This document shows, piece after piece, positions 12,086 through 23,604 of a DNA stretch of 64,000 nucleotides. Below the pieces are notes generated by a model. The model searched no databases. It was not told the DNA's origin and saw only the letters and a program-made list of their open reading frames with translations. The DNA lies in assembly GCA_024704765.1 (NCBI GenBank), contig JAKMXF010000305.1, positions 224,682-288,681 of the forward strand. Direction: 5' to 3'. Each line of letters starts with the position of its first letter. Position 1 is the stretch's first letter. Source of the DNA: Oopsacas minuta (taxonomy: Eukaryota; Animalia; Porifera). Both the position numbers and the translations under genes were made by a program.

Positions 12086-15000
12086 CGTGACCTACGTAAT
12101 ATAAGGCCTGACTGTTCATTGGGACCATGGATTACTTAAAGTGCATACATTGAATATGATATGTTGAGATTAATACCATTGTTTTTGACAATATTCGTAC
12201 CAAATGGTAGATAGAAGATAATCATATTTGGCACTACCACAACAAAATTGCATAAATAAAGAAATGAGAAATGCTAGGACAACAAAGAGACTGCCAACAG
12301 CAAAATTACTAATTATTCTGATTTGAATTTGGTGTATTTACGAGAGTTTTGCGAGCTTTCAGTTAATGTCCTTTTAAACGAATTCATGTTCTTCACTTTG
12401 TTGGCTAGGATATAGTTGGTTGCTGAAAAAATAATCTTCTTTAAGATATTCCATCCTATTGTGTCACAAGTAGGGCATTTGTTTCCCGAAAAATTCAGTT
12501 CCATTACTCTCGATTACATTTAATGTTAAGGAAACTAAGATCTTCTGAGGTGGACTTGTTATAAAGAGATTGAAGAGACTAGAATCCATTTCGATCTTGG
12601 AGTAGACCGACCTTCCACAAAATTACAACTGCTTCAAGAACTGGAGCTGAAGGCCACTGAAGGCTTCCTCTGTCAATCGAACATATTAAACCATAGACGG
12701 GATCAGTTATATCTAATTCGAGAGTATCTTCTCCAACAAGACTTGATAATCATTGAGAGCAAATACTGCCCACTTCTTCCGTATCCCTTACGCCAGAAGC
12801 GTGAGTAATACCTCGCTTAGAATAGAAAGCACTTTTGAAGATGGAATAAACACAATAACCGGCAATAAAAGCTAAAGATTGAATGAGAGAAGTATCGAGT
12901 ATGATGGGTGTCTCCTCTTCATTGAACACTCTGTTATAGGGTTCCAAATCGACTATACTGTCTTCGCTAGATTCTTCGGAGATTGAAAATGACTTAAAAA
13001 AATTCTTTTAATGAGATTGAGCTCTCACCCGGAGTACTAGAGGAGAACAACTTCAGAATTGCAGAAATCTTAATCAGTCTCTCACTTTGCTAAACTTGAT
13101 AAAATGTAAAATTGTACTGGGCACCGCTCATCATTCGGTGAGTCACAAAATGATGTTTAATTGAGTCGTTTTGAAGGAAAGAACTAAGAACATAGGCAAA
13201 ACCACAGTTTTTGGTAAGATGGTTGACTATCCCTTCAAGGACAATACAGGAATGGCAAAAAGTGGTAAAGGTTTGCGCAGTGAGTTTTCAGTGCTTTTGG
13301 GATAAAGTTTTCCATTCATCAAGCAATTTCACAACATCTGAAAGAAATTCAAACCGAATGTCATTACTCTGTAGTGGCATAGAAAGCTCGTCATTGAGAC
13401 GGATGTCTTTATTAGGTCTATTAATGTTGAAGATCTTCCATACCTTACAAATAAGGCTAGTGAACTGAGCTGTTTCTGAAACTTGACCATATTTAGATGC
13501 ATGGACTGTTAAAGCTGTAGAGGTTGAGTCGTCAAATGTGCGAAGTGCTAAATTGACATTCTGTATTTCAGGCTAGATGGCCAGCAAGATTTGGCTATTA
13601 ATCGGTGGGCTGTTTTAGCGACAGAATTTTGCTCAAGTTTAAAGAGATTCCGAAGGTCTTGAAATGCTACCTTTAAAGTATATTCGCAAGATACGAATGA
13701 AGGACAGTTAAACGTGTGATTAGAATCGATTTGATTTATCCAATTATTTCTTACTGTTTTGATGATGTGGACAAAGTCGAAGATAAGATACAGAGGTCTA
13801 CAAGTGTCTAATGGGTGAGGAACACAGGTTTCAAGATTAGAAGTAGGGGATAGTAACTGAGACAGATTCACGTTCAGAGGATAGTTATCTATACAAATAA
13901 CTTGAATTTGAAGATTGTAACTTTCTATATCCTTGATCACTTCAGGGAAAACAGGTAGTATTTGAGCAACTGAAGATTTTGCGCAAGGTAGGAGTCGTAC
14001 AACTGTAGACCATTTTTGCATAAACTTGATATCATAAATGCTAGAACTGTATTGGCTGCTTCCTTCTGTGTAGTCGAAGAGCCGAGTATTCTCCCACTTG
14101 TGTAAGAAAACTCTGATTAGACATGTATTTCATCCATATGTAATGTAACATTCCTTTCTTGGTTATTGAAATTAGCAGTAGAAGCCTTCAAATATGTTTG
14201 CAACTCACACTCTAAGCCTATAGTCCCATAAAGACTATTTAGAGTTGTTGGGTGGGGAAATATTAAACAATTCAAAGACTGTAAGTAGCTGTAGCATGTA
14301 AGAAGACATCCAATGAGATTTTAGAGCTAGCACCATTGTAACAACATTGTACCGTCTTCGATTTTTGGGAATTAGTGTATTCTCAGGCTGGCACAGTAGA
14401 AATTTTAACTGGGGTAACAATTCTGAATATTTCTCTTGCATATCGTTCGAAGTTCCTATCTTCGAAATCATACTTTCAATGTTAGAAGTAGCTTGGTGAA
14501 TACAGTTTCCAACAGGGTCCTTAGTGTATGTAGAAACCTAGCTGATGATGGTATCGATTCCTCGAATATCACTGAGATTGTGTATTGTGAGAGGAATTTG
14601 AATGTTTTGACAGAAGCCTGTAGGTGTTAAGGAGTCATTAATTGAAACATATGCTGGTATATATATATATATATATATTATATATGTTTACCTTTTGACA
14701 GCTGTAGCAAGTTAATAGACGTGTCATCTGAAAACCATTTAACCCAAGAAGAAGGTAGTTCAAATTCTTCGAGTTCACATTTTAGCTCTCCTAATGATTT
14801 GACACCAAACTTACTATCCTTAGCTCTATGAAGCTCAAGGCTCTGTTCTAAGGCTTGAAAGAACAATTTACTCTCGATCTTCCCACGATCTAAATGTGAG
14901 CTAAGATACTTGGGGCAACTGGGAAGAAGACGAGGTAAAGCGTTCTTATGTGGAATTGGTCGCCGAGAAATTTTTTGTAATGAGCCATCAGGTTGAGGCA

Positions 15001-15463
15001 TATCCATTTCAGTGATGACATCTTCAGTACGAAAGTGATTAGAACAAACTAATACGTTTTTGAGATCTTCAATATCTTCCCTGTGCAGCGCGCGTAGCCA
15101 TTTTTCTCTAGTTCAGAGTTTGAGGGTAATCTGAATACTGGTGTATATGCCTCTCCAGAATAATTACTCCGGCATCCAGGTGCAGAGCAAGTGTTAGGTA
15201 TCAAGGCTAATCAGTAATGAAACAGAATAGCAGAATAAGATAAAATTGTAAAATCCCAAATAACGAAAGGCTTGAGAACATGATCTCGGGCTAATTATAT
15301 ATATATACCTATATAAGAGAAGTGATTAAAACAGAATTTCAACAATTCAGATAATGTCAATTTTGCATGTTACAATTATGGGTGAATTACAAAATGCACT
15401 TTAAGTAATCCATGATAGGTGGTTCTATGCACAATAGTCAGGCCTTATATCACGTAGGTCACG
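12086..15463 (-). mobile_element. Full-length P-element/THAP9-type transposon (pseudogenised)
   Basis: 28-bp TIR cgtgacctacgt(a/g)atataaggcctgact with 1 mismatch; 7-bp TSD attctac (12079-12085, 15464-15470); THAP domain CSAPGC...KWLRALHRE...VCSNHF near 15040-15200; transposase motif IDNYPLN...LYLIFDFVHIIKTVRNNW. Confidence 0.92.
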
Positions 15464-15470
15464 ATTCTAC

Positions 15471-16141
15471 GTGGAATACGAGTTATGAATAGAACTTCAA
15501 AGAATTCACTTGAATCTCTGTATGGAGATTGGTGGCATTCTGAAATTTGCTCAAATTATTTATAGATTCACAAGCCCCCAAAAACTAAGTCGGGGCACCC
15601 AAAGGAAGAACTTATCAATCTTTCATTGCAACATCAGTATTCCCGCAACTCTAATGTCCTTGAGTCTATCAGGTCCATCTCGGTAATCGAAAACACTTCT
15701 GAAATTACAATTACAGCTCTCGCTTTGCAATTGAAGTGCAATGGAGAAGACAATCGAGAAGTTGCAAGGGTATCTAAATCAATTGTGCAGGGAAAATTCC
15801 CTGGTCAATTCGGGCGTGCATCCAAAAGCAAACAACTGAATATGGACAAGGTATAATTTCTTTGGGATCTACTAGAGATTGGCAAGAGGAAGTATACTAC
15901 TACGACAACTTTGTTATCTAATGAAATTCACTTCCCCACATATAAGAGGGTGGAAGATCATAGAAATAATTTAGTACTACAAAGTATGATTCAACTCTAC
16001 CCGTATCCTACAGCCCCAGTTGGTATGTGCGTGCCATACGCTCAATTTGTCTACCATACATTTTGTAGAATTATGTCCATTCTACCGTCCCCTTCAAATG
16101 AGGATTATCCTCTCCGATTTGAGATTGCTGACGGTTTAGAC
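15471..16141 (+). pseudogene. RAG1-like (Transib/RAGL) transposase relic: NBD-like region to first catalytic motif
   Basis: One frame with two point stops: SGHPKEELINLSLQHQYSR...SKSIVQGK (compare RAG1 GGRPRQHLLSLTRRAQKHR...EAIMQGK), LEIGKRKY, FPTYKRV, VPYAQFVYHTFCRIM, RFEIADGLD. Confidence 0.72.
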
Positions 16142-18451
16142 CAGTGTTTCTCAAAGTGGGCCGAAGAGCCCCCTGCGGGGCGCTGAAGAGTTATAGGGGG
16201 GCGGTCACGCAGCAAGGGGGCGCAGTGGGTCTATAAAGCAAAACAGAGATACGACCTCACTCGAAAAAGTGGTATCATATTCCTCATTATCCATTAACAA
16301 TAGGTGCTAACAAATACTTCAATGATCAAAGCCATTTACAGTGGTAATACTCTTGGTGAGCATTAACAACAACTAATCCTTAAAAATGAATAAAGAATTC
16401 TTGTTACAATGTCTATGGCTTTCCTAATCGAAAAATAATCATCACTGTTCTTCAAACAAATGTAAACTTCGTAATAGTTAGTAATCTGTTTAATTTCAAT
16501 ATAAATACATACGTAGATATCTAAACCGAAAGGAATTGATAAACTCGATCGTAGAAATGAAGAGTAAAAAGAATAGTATACAGTATAGCGATGATTATAT
16601 CAAATACGGATTTGTTAAATCTCCTTCCAATGAACAATTCCTAATGTGTTTGCTGTGCGAACAATTTTTTCTAATGAGGGAATGAAGCCGTCAAGAATGA
16701 TTGATCATTTGAAATCGTGCCACAGTGATAAGGTAGAGAAAGATGCGCAATTCTTCATGAAATTGAGAGACAGCTGCAAAACAATGGACGGAATCTTTGG
16801 AAAAGAGAAAGACAAAACATTGATGGTTTGGTTTCCTCCTATAATATTTCGTATTTCGTTACTAATTGTAACATCTGGTAAACCACATTACAATTGGTGA
16901 AAAACTCATTTACCTGCAATCCAGGAAGCAGTTACAACTGTTATGCATTCAGATGGGCGAAGTGTGATTAAGTCCATTCCGTTTAGCAATGATACTGTGG
17001 CTAGGAGAATAAATTTGATGGCTAGTGGTGTTGAGAAAACTCTATACAGTAAACTATAAACAACGGAATTTTCTCTTCAAATTGACGAATCCACATTGCC
17101 AGGTAACGGAGCACTGCTTCTTGCATATGTTCGATATATTCTCGAAGGAATAATGGTTGAAGATATGTGGTTTGCTAAACCACTAGTAACTGATGCAAAA
17201 GGTGAATCTATATACAAAGTCATGGAAAATTTCTTTCAGGAAAAGGAAATTCCAATTAATAATATCATTGCTTGTACAACAGATGGGACGCCAGCTATGG
17301 TTGGCAGACATCGTGGTTTCATTTCGTACTTGAAAAAGCTGTGCCTGAAGTTTTCGCTATTTACTGCGTCGTTCATCGAGAACATTTGGTTGCAAAACAT
17401 CTAAGTGGTCGCTTGCACAACTCATTGCATATCGTCATTACCGTTATTAATAAAATCAAAGCTTCGGCACTCAAGGAAAGAATATCTCACCAAATATGTC
17501 ACGAAAATGAAACATTTGAACGTCTGCTTTTGCACACTGGAGTGAGGGGGCTCTCCAAAGGAAAGTGTCTCAGTCAGTTTTACAGTCTTTTCGACACCAT
17601 TTTAGAATTTTTAGAGGAAGAGAACCCGCAGGTAATGCAGCTGTCAGTGCAGCGAAATCATATATAGCTTACTTAACTAACATTTTTGATAAGTTCAACT
17701 CAATGAACTTGCAACTACAAGGCAATTTAGTCACTCTGGTCAAGTGCAAAACTGTTGGCAGCTCCTTCATAGAGAAACTAACGTTATTTAAACAAAATAT
17801 CGGGTCGATGAGAATTTTACCAGTTTCCTCACCTAGCAGGACTCCAAATTTCAGATGACGATGTGCTAACATATTGTGAACATCCTGAAGTACTGAAAGC
17901 GGATATGATCAAGCGATTCACTGACTTGTTGGAACTTGAACTGCTTCATCGGCTATTTGACCCTTTCTGTGTGGATGCCCCAACAGTTCCACACTATTTG
18001 CAGGAAGAGCTGATGGACTTGCAATGTGATTGTGAGGAAGAAGCTCATTTTACAATAGTGGGGTGTGAACGATTTTGGATTGCAATCGCAGGAGGAAATA
18101 AATTTCCTAATTTGTGGAAAGTAGCAAAACTGCTAGTTCTGGCGTTTCCGAAATCATATCTCGTTGTGAGAGTTTTTAGTGCGTCGTTCAATTACTAACG
18201 AAGCAAAGAAACAGACCAGATATTTCTCAATGCGAGATTTGTGATTGCTGCTAACTGAAATGAAACCAGATGTAACTGGGATTATCATCGAACATCCGCT
18301 CAAGTACACCCTTCTTATTAATTGATAAATACTACTTATTATCATTAAACAAATACGAGTGTTGTAAAAATATTTAGACTTCCGAAGGGGGAGGCGTCGA
18401 GGGAATATTGTTGACAAGGGGCGCTCTTCGAAAAAGGTTTGAGAAACACTG
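16142..18451 (+). mobile_element. hAT transposon, Buster/ZBED5-SCAND3 type (frameshifted transposase)
   Basis: TIRs cagtgtttctcaaa / tttgagaaacactg; ATG 16557, BED-like CLLCEQ...NEGMKPSRMIDHL, LQIDEST, TDGTPAMVG, HCVVHREHL-like and VRGLS motifs; flanking 8-mers gtttagac and ctctacaa do not match. Confidence 0.92.
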
Positions 18452-19212
18452 CTCTACAAGTATGAAGAATTTTGCAGAGAACATGGTGGATTGAAAGAAA
18501 ATTCAAATTATGCAAGGAAGTTGAAAACCCCACCGTATTTCAGGATACTGAAATTCTATCTATTAAAAACATGGCTAATCTCAATCTCCCAGAGCTACAT
18601 TTGGCTGCTTGGAGTAGGCCAGAGACTCTATGATTGAATTATAGAGTCCATGTCAAAAGACGAAATACAGATCCATAAGGATACTTTGAAGAGGTATAAC
18701 ATCAAGAAAGTCAATACCATGGTGGAAGCTTTGAAGGGAATTCAATGAGATTATTACTGAAACATCATGGAGATTTGTTTCTAAAGAAAAATTGTAATGC
18801 CTTCATAGCATTAAGAAGATTTGACTCCGTGGTATCGTCTTGTTTTGGGATATCCAGATGTATTCCCGAGTTTCACGAAAGGATCTTTGATTTTGAAGAA
18901 GCCTACAAAATGTGTGGTATTTCTTGTACAACAAAAGTGCATATAGTATGCCGCTATTTGGTTCCCTTTCAGCTAAAATATTTACCTACAGATAACGGTT
19001 TGGCTGTAGTATCAGAACAGTCATTGGAATCTAGTCACCATCATTTTAACAATGTGTGGAGAAGATACAAATTTGGTGAGGATACAGAAAGTTATGGTCA
19101 GGGATTATTTAACGCAGTATGCGAATTAAATTTCATATATCTTGCTACTGATAATGCAGCAGATGTTTGGAAGGGATTACAAGATGAAAACGAGATCGAG
19201 TGCAATTGATAA
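18452..19212 (+). mobile_element. Chapaev/Transib-related transposase C-terminal fragment
   Basis: PELHL(fs)LLGV, YHGGSFEGNSMRLLL, TTKVHIV, GLAVVSEQSLESSHHHF...RYK; ORF 18745-19209. Confidence 0.7.
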
Positions 19213-19399
19213 GATAAATGACAAGTATAATTATATTAAAACCAGAGGGAATTAATAGTTTTCCAATATTTTTAGTTTATATGAAGATAATCATCAGAGA
19301 TATTTTACACTACTAATAAGCATGTATTGAATTCAAAGAGCAAGTACCACAACTGGAAGGTGTTAGAAATTAGGTGAAAAATACAATTAGGGTAAATTT

Positions 19400-20660
19400 T
19401 TGTTTTTGCGTACGAATAATTGTAAATAATGGATATTTAGGAAGTAGACAAGCTACTCTATCACTCCAGCTAGGTTTTGAACAAAGTGTATTTTTTATCG
19501 ATATTTGAATCGGAGCGACCCGTGGATTGAATACATCTCCAGATGGAGCAATATTAATACCATAGTTATTTACTGAAATACTTAGTAGACACTCATGGAC
19601 CTCATCCCGCTCGTTCCGAAATGTTTCGGGGTTATCAATTGATGAAGGACCGTTAATTAGCTGTGGAGAAACTCGTACTATTTTGACACAAAGCCTTGTT
19701 GGATTAAACCAGTCAAGTATAGTTGCATTGCCTACTATCAGTTCAGTAAAACGTACAATACGCCGCCATAAGAGTTTAGTAGAAGAGAATGTCATTAACC
19801 ATGATTCTGCTTTTGAATTAAGAATCCGGATAGGTACAGACTTACATTAAAGGAAAAAGTTTTCAAATATATGACTCTGGGATCAGAAATCCAAATCGAA
19901 TGCATATATTTTGTACTCCCAAATGTTATCATTACTCGGAGAATCTCAGAGTTGGAATATGGACTGTACTTTCAAAGTTGTCCCAGAACAATTCTTTCAA
20001 CTGTGCACAATTCACGCGCAGAAGGGCAGTATGATAATTCTATGTGTCTACGCACTGTTGACTAACAAGAGTGAGTCGCCATATACGACACTTTTTACTA
20101 AGTTACTTTATACACATCCCGAGTTGAGTCCATCATTTATCATTGCTGATTTTGAGAAAGCGCTCAGACGAACAACTCTGTGGAAGGATGGCACAGTAGA
20201 TTTCAATTGGGTATTAGTTGTGCACATCCCAGTTTCACAAAATTAATTCGTTATTTACAGCTGGAACAATCTCTGCAAGAAGAGGTGTTAGTAAAGTGGG
20301 AATCTGGGGAAGGACATCATTCAATCTAAACAAAGTACTGCCAGAAACAAGAGTCTCATAACAATCGTTTCAGATTTTGGAAATAGAGAACCAATAAGTA
20401 TATAAGAGGGATCGCACATAATTTAACTTCTAAAGTATTTCATTGTATTCATTTTTAATTACATTTCCTCTTATCCTACTTTCAATTATTGAACCACGAT
20501 AATACATCCATTTATTAGTAAGCATGTATTATACAATATTCAGACTAATTATCCACTATACGATATGGCCATTATACGAAATGTCCGCGATATGAATTCT
20601 CCTAAACGAAACATCCGTAGACAAAATGTCCATAGGGGAAGTGTCCAATTAAAGAATTTA
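19400..20660 (+). mobile_element. MULE (Mutator-like) transposase relic with internal deletion and right TIR
   Basis: LPTISSVKRTIRR, W.MDCTFKVVP..FFQLCTIH...CVYALL.NK, IIADFEKA, then RTNN..EGWH; TIR-like repeated cga.atgtcc / tgtcca units at 20550-20660. Confidence 0.85.
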
Positions 20661-20699
20661 CCAAATGTCAATAGAAGAAGAATAAGGTTAAGGTCACTG

Positions 20700-23598
20700 A
20701 ACAGTATGTACTTGGCCGGTTTAGTATTTTTACCAAGAGGAAGAGAACGATAGATTTGGAATTTGTAGATACAACGTTGCTGGAATGGTTCAGGCAAATG
20801 CTGCACAACCTGGCTTAGTGGGAACTATTCTACTAGAAAAAGCTATTCAATTCGCCAAATTGCTAGGGTTTCGCGAAGAAATCCAAAATATAATTGACAT
20901 AAATTGGATAAACTGTTTCAAAGCACGGAATTCTATCATCGCAAAAATAATTCATGGTAAATCAGCATCAGCGCCTTTGGACCAAGTTTCTCTGTACAGA
21001 GGCATTCAATAAATACTAATCATACCATCTAAAACTATAGATACTTGTGTAAAGTTGGTAATTTTTGCTATGAATGTTCAAAGTAGTCTCCTTTATACGC
21101 TATAACTGAATTTAGCCTTTTAATCCAATTTTCAAATGTCTTCCTGTACTCATCCTTGGGAATGACTTCAAGGTATCTGTAAATTGCCCGACCGAGGCTG
21201 AGCCGATCCTCAAATTCGCATCGGAGAGGTTATCTTTGAGTTTTCTAAACAGCCAGAAGTCACATGGGGCTATATCAGGGGAGTAAGGTGGATGTGGAAC
21301 TTCGTGCATACCCATATCTTTAATTTTTTGCCTTACAGCCAAAGATTTATGCGGTCTAGCATTATCGTGCAAAATTTTGTGACCACGAGTTCCATTTTTT
21401 GGACGACGCTTAAGATAATGTTTTTCGACCTCAGGCGACACCACATCTGCGTAAAATTGTCCTGTGAGTGTCTGACCTTTGGGAACAGGGATTTGGGCTA
21501 CAGGTCCTAGGCCATCGAAAAATATGCAGTACAAGACCTTCGGGGCACGGAAGTCGGATACACAAACAACTGGGGGTACCTCTCCCTTCTTTAGCCATAC
21601 CCTGCCATCTTGCTTTCTCATCGGTGGTTTGAATTGTATCCATGTTTCATCTCCTGTTACTATCTCTAATAACCGCCTAGGGTCACTTCCTTCATAAATT
21701 TCAAGGTTTTCCTTAGCCATTTGGAGTCTCGCGGCCTTTTGTGAAAAACTTAAGCAATGTGGTACCCTTGGCACTTGGACCTTCCTCAGTTCTAAATCCG
21801 CCTTCAGAATTGTGTGTGCACATAGTTAGCTACCTCCTCAACCGAAGAATGCGGAAAAGACTTGACATATTCCTTTACTTCACTCAATTTGTCATTGTTG
21901 GTCGCCAGTTTTGGTGCTCCAGGACGAGGGGCGTCTTGGACAGAGGTCCTACCTTCCCTAAATAGGTTCACCCACCTTCTGACAGTTGAATACGATAAAG
22001 TATCTTCTACACATATCGTTGCCAACTCGTCATGAATAGACTTTGGAGGAATTTCGAGAATGGTGCGAAATTTGATGTACGTTCGTTGTTCAAGTTCCGA
22101 AAAATTTGGACAAGAAGCCATGAAAAATGTAAAGGAGAAAATGTAGGTTTCTAAAATAACTGAAACTTAGGAAACAATTAAGTGATCAACTCTCTCTAAG
22201 TTTTGTTAGAAAGTTGAAATATGGTTCTATATAATTGCACTGAGAAATACTAGCTTAGAACTTCTATTTCATTAAAAATATACAGTGACTAGTATATATT
22301 GAATGCCCCTGTAGAATGAAACCATATTTCAGGAATAATACAGAAATTTCAGATGGGAAACATTTTGAACATTGATGAAATAGATCTCTTTTGGAAATTT
22401 CTGCCTGAAAGATCCTTCAATTCAAAGTGATAGATTGAAAGGTGGCAAGCACGCTAAGGACAGGATTAACATATTAATTGGGGCTAGTGCCCTCGCTGAT
22501 GGTTATCGGTAAATTCCCAAAACAAGAAGTTTTGCTAACTTCCACATTCCGATCGATTACCCATCTAATAATAAGGCCTGGATTAATTCAAACGTATTCA
22601 CCAGTTATGTTCGCAAAATTGGCCTAAAAATGGATGCCTCTGGCAGGAAATCTCTCTTATTGTTGATAAGTATCCATGCCATCCACAAATAGAAAATCAA
22701 AGGAATACAAAATTAATGTTTCTTCCTCCGAACACCACTGCGTTTACACAACCTATGGATGCGAGTGTTATCCGCAATTTAAAATAGCATTATAAACTCG
22801 ATCCTGTCAGACGTAGGATTGTTGCTATTGGTAATAACCATGCATTTTCTATTAATTTGTTGCAGGCGATATACTTTGTAGATAAATCTTAGAAAAGGTC
22901 GCAGAAGAAACGATTCAAAATAGTTTCAAGCATGTTGGATGTATTCACAGTGGCGAACATTAAATTTTCGAAGAGGATACAACCAGCATCATTCTGAAAG
23001 AGATTCATTATCGCAGCAGTAATATCCTAACATGGATTTGGGTAATTATCTTGAGGCTGACTACAATTTATCTACTCCAGAGGTTATAACTGAAGATTCA
23101 ATTGTACTCGATATCTTAGGAGATAATACATTGACTGATGATAGCGATGATAAAATTATTGATGTGATTCATGAAATTAAACCAACATGTGAGCTTGAGG
23201 TAGCGGCAACCCCACTGAAACATTAAAGACTTTCTTAGAATGTCAAGACGACTCCTCCAAGTACTTGAATTTTCTCTCTGAAATTGAAGACTATATTACA
23301 GATATGACTTTCCGAAAACCTACAAAGCAGTTGTCAATCACAAGCTATACTGATACTCAGCAATCTAGATCTTGTGATCTGTTGCTACTATAGGAGTTAT
23401 TAGTCTCGAATTCTTTAGGATACATACACACACGTGTGCTACAATATCCTTATACGTATAATGTTATCACTTACATGTATATACGTGAGTAAACAACAAT
23501 AGTATTTATCAAATTGATTGAGTTGCTCTATTAACAAGTTCACTTATTAGCAAGTTTTCTCGTGCAAAACCTGACTTGTGAATAAGGGAACTCCACCG
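20700..23598 (+). mobile_element. pogo/Tigger transposon relic split by the mariner at 20997-22311
   Basis: CENPB-HTH ILLEKAIQFAKLLG...WINCFKAR...IHGKSASA before the insertion; NIDE, KGGKHAKDRI, NNKAWI, FLPPNTT...QPMD after it; right TIR aataagggaactccaccg followed by TA. Confidence 0.85.
20997..22311 (-). mobile_element. Full-length mariner (DD34D)
   Basis: About 27-bp TIRs cag(a/g)ggcattcaata(a/t)atacta(a/g)tca, TA TSD on both sides; ORFs 21804-22121 and 21112-21774 with VTGDETW, HDNARPH, HPPYSPDIAPCDFWLF. Confidence 0.95.
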
Positions 23599-23604
23599 TA
23601 GTAA

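Noticed and set aside
18452-19212. Continuation of the RAG1-like ORF after the hAT
   Set aside because: It does not resume with the expected GSG-type residues, the TSDs mismatch, and the motifs (PELHLLLG, SEQ..ES.HH.F) fit a Chapaev-like family better.
21292-21965. Plus-strand ORFs over the mariner, and similar antisense ORFs over other TEs
   Set aside because: Antisense shadows of transposase reading frames.
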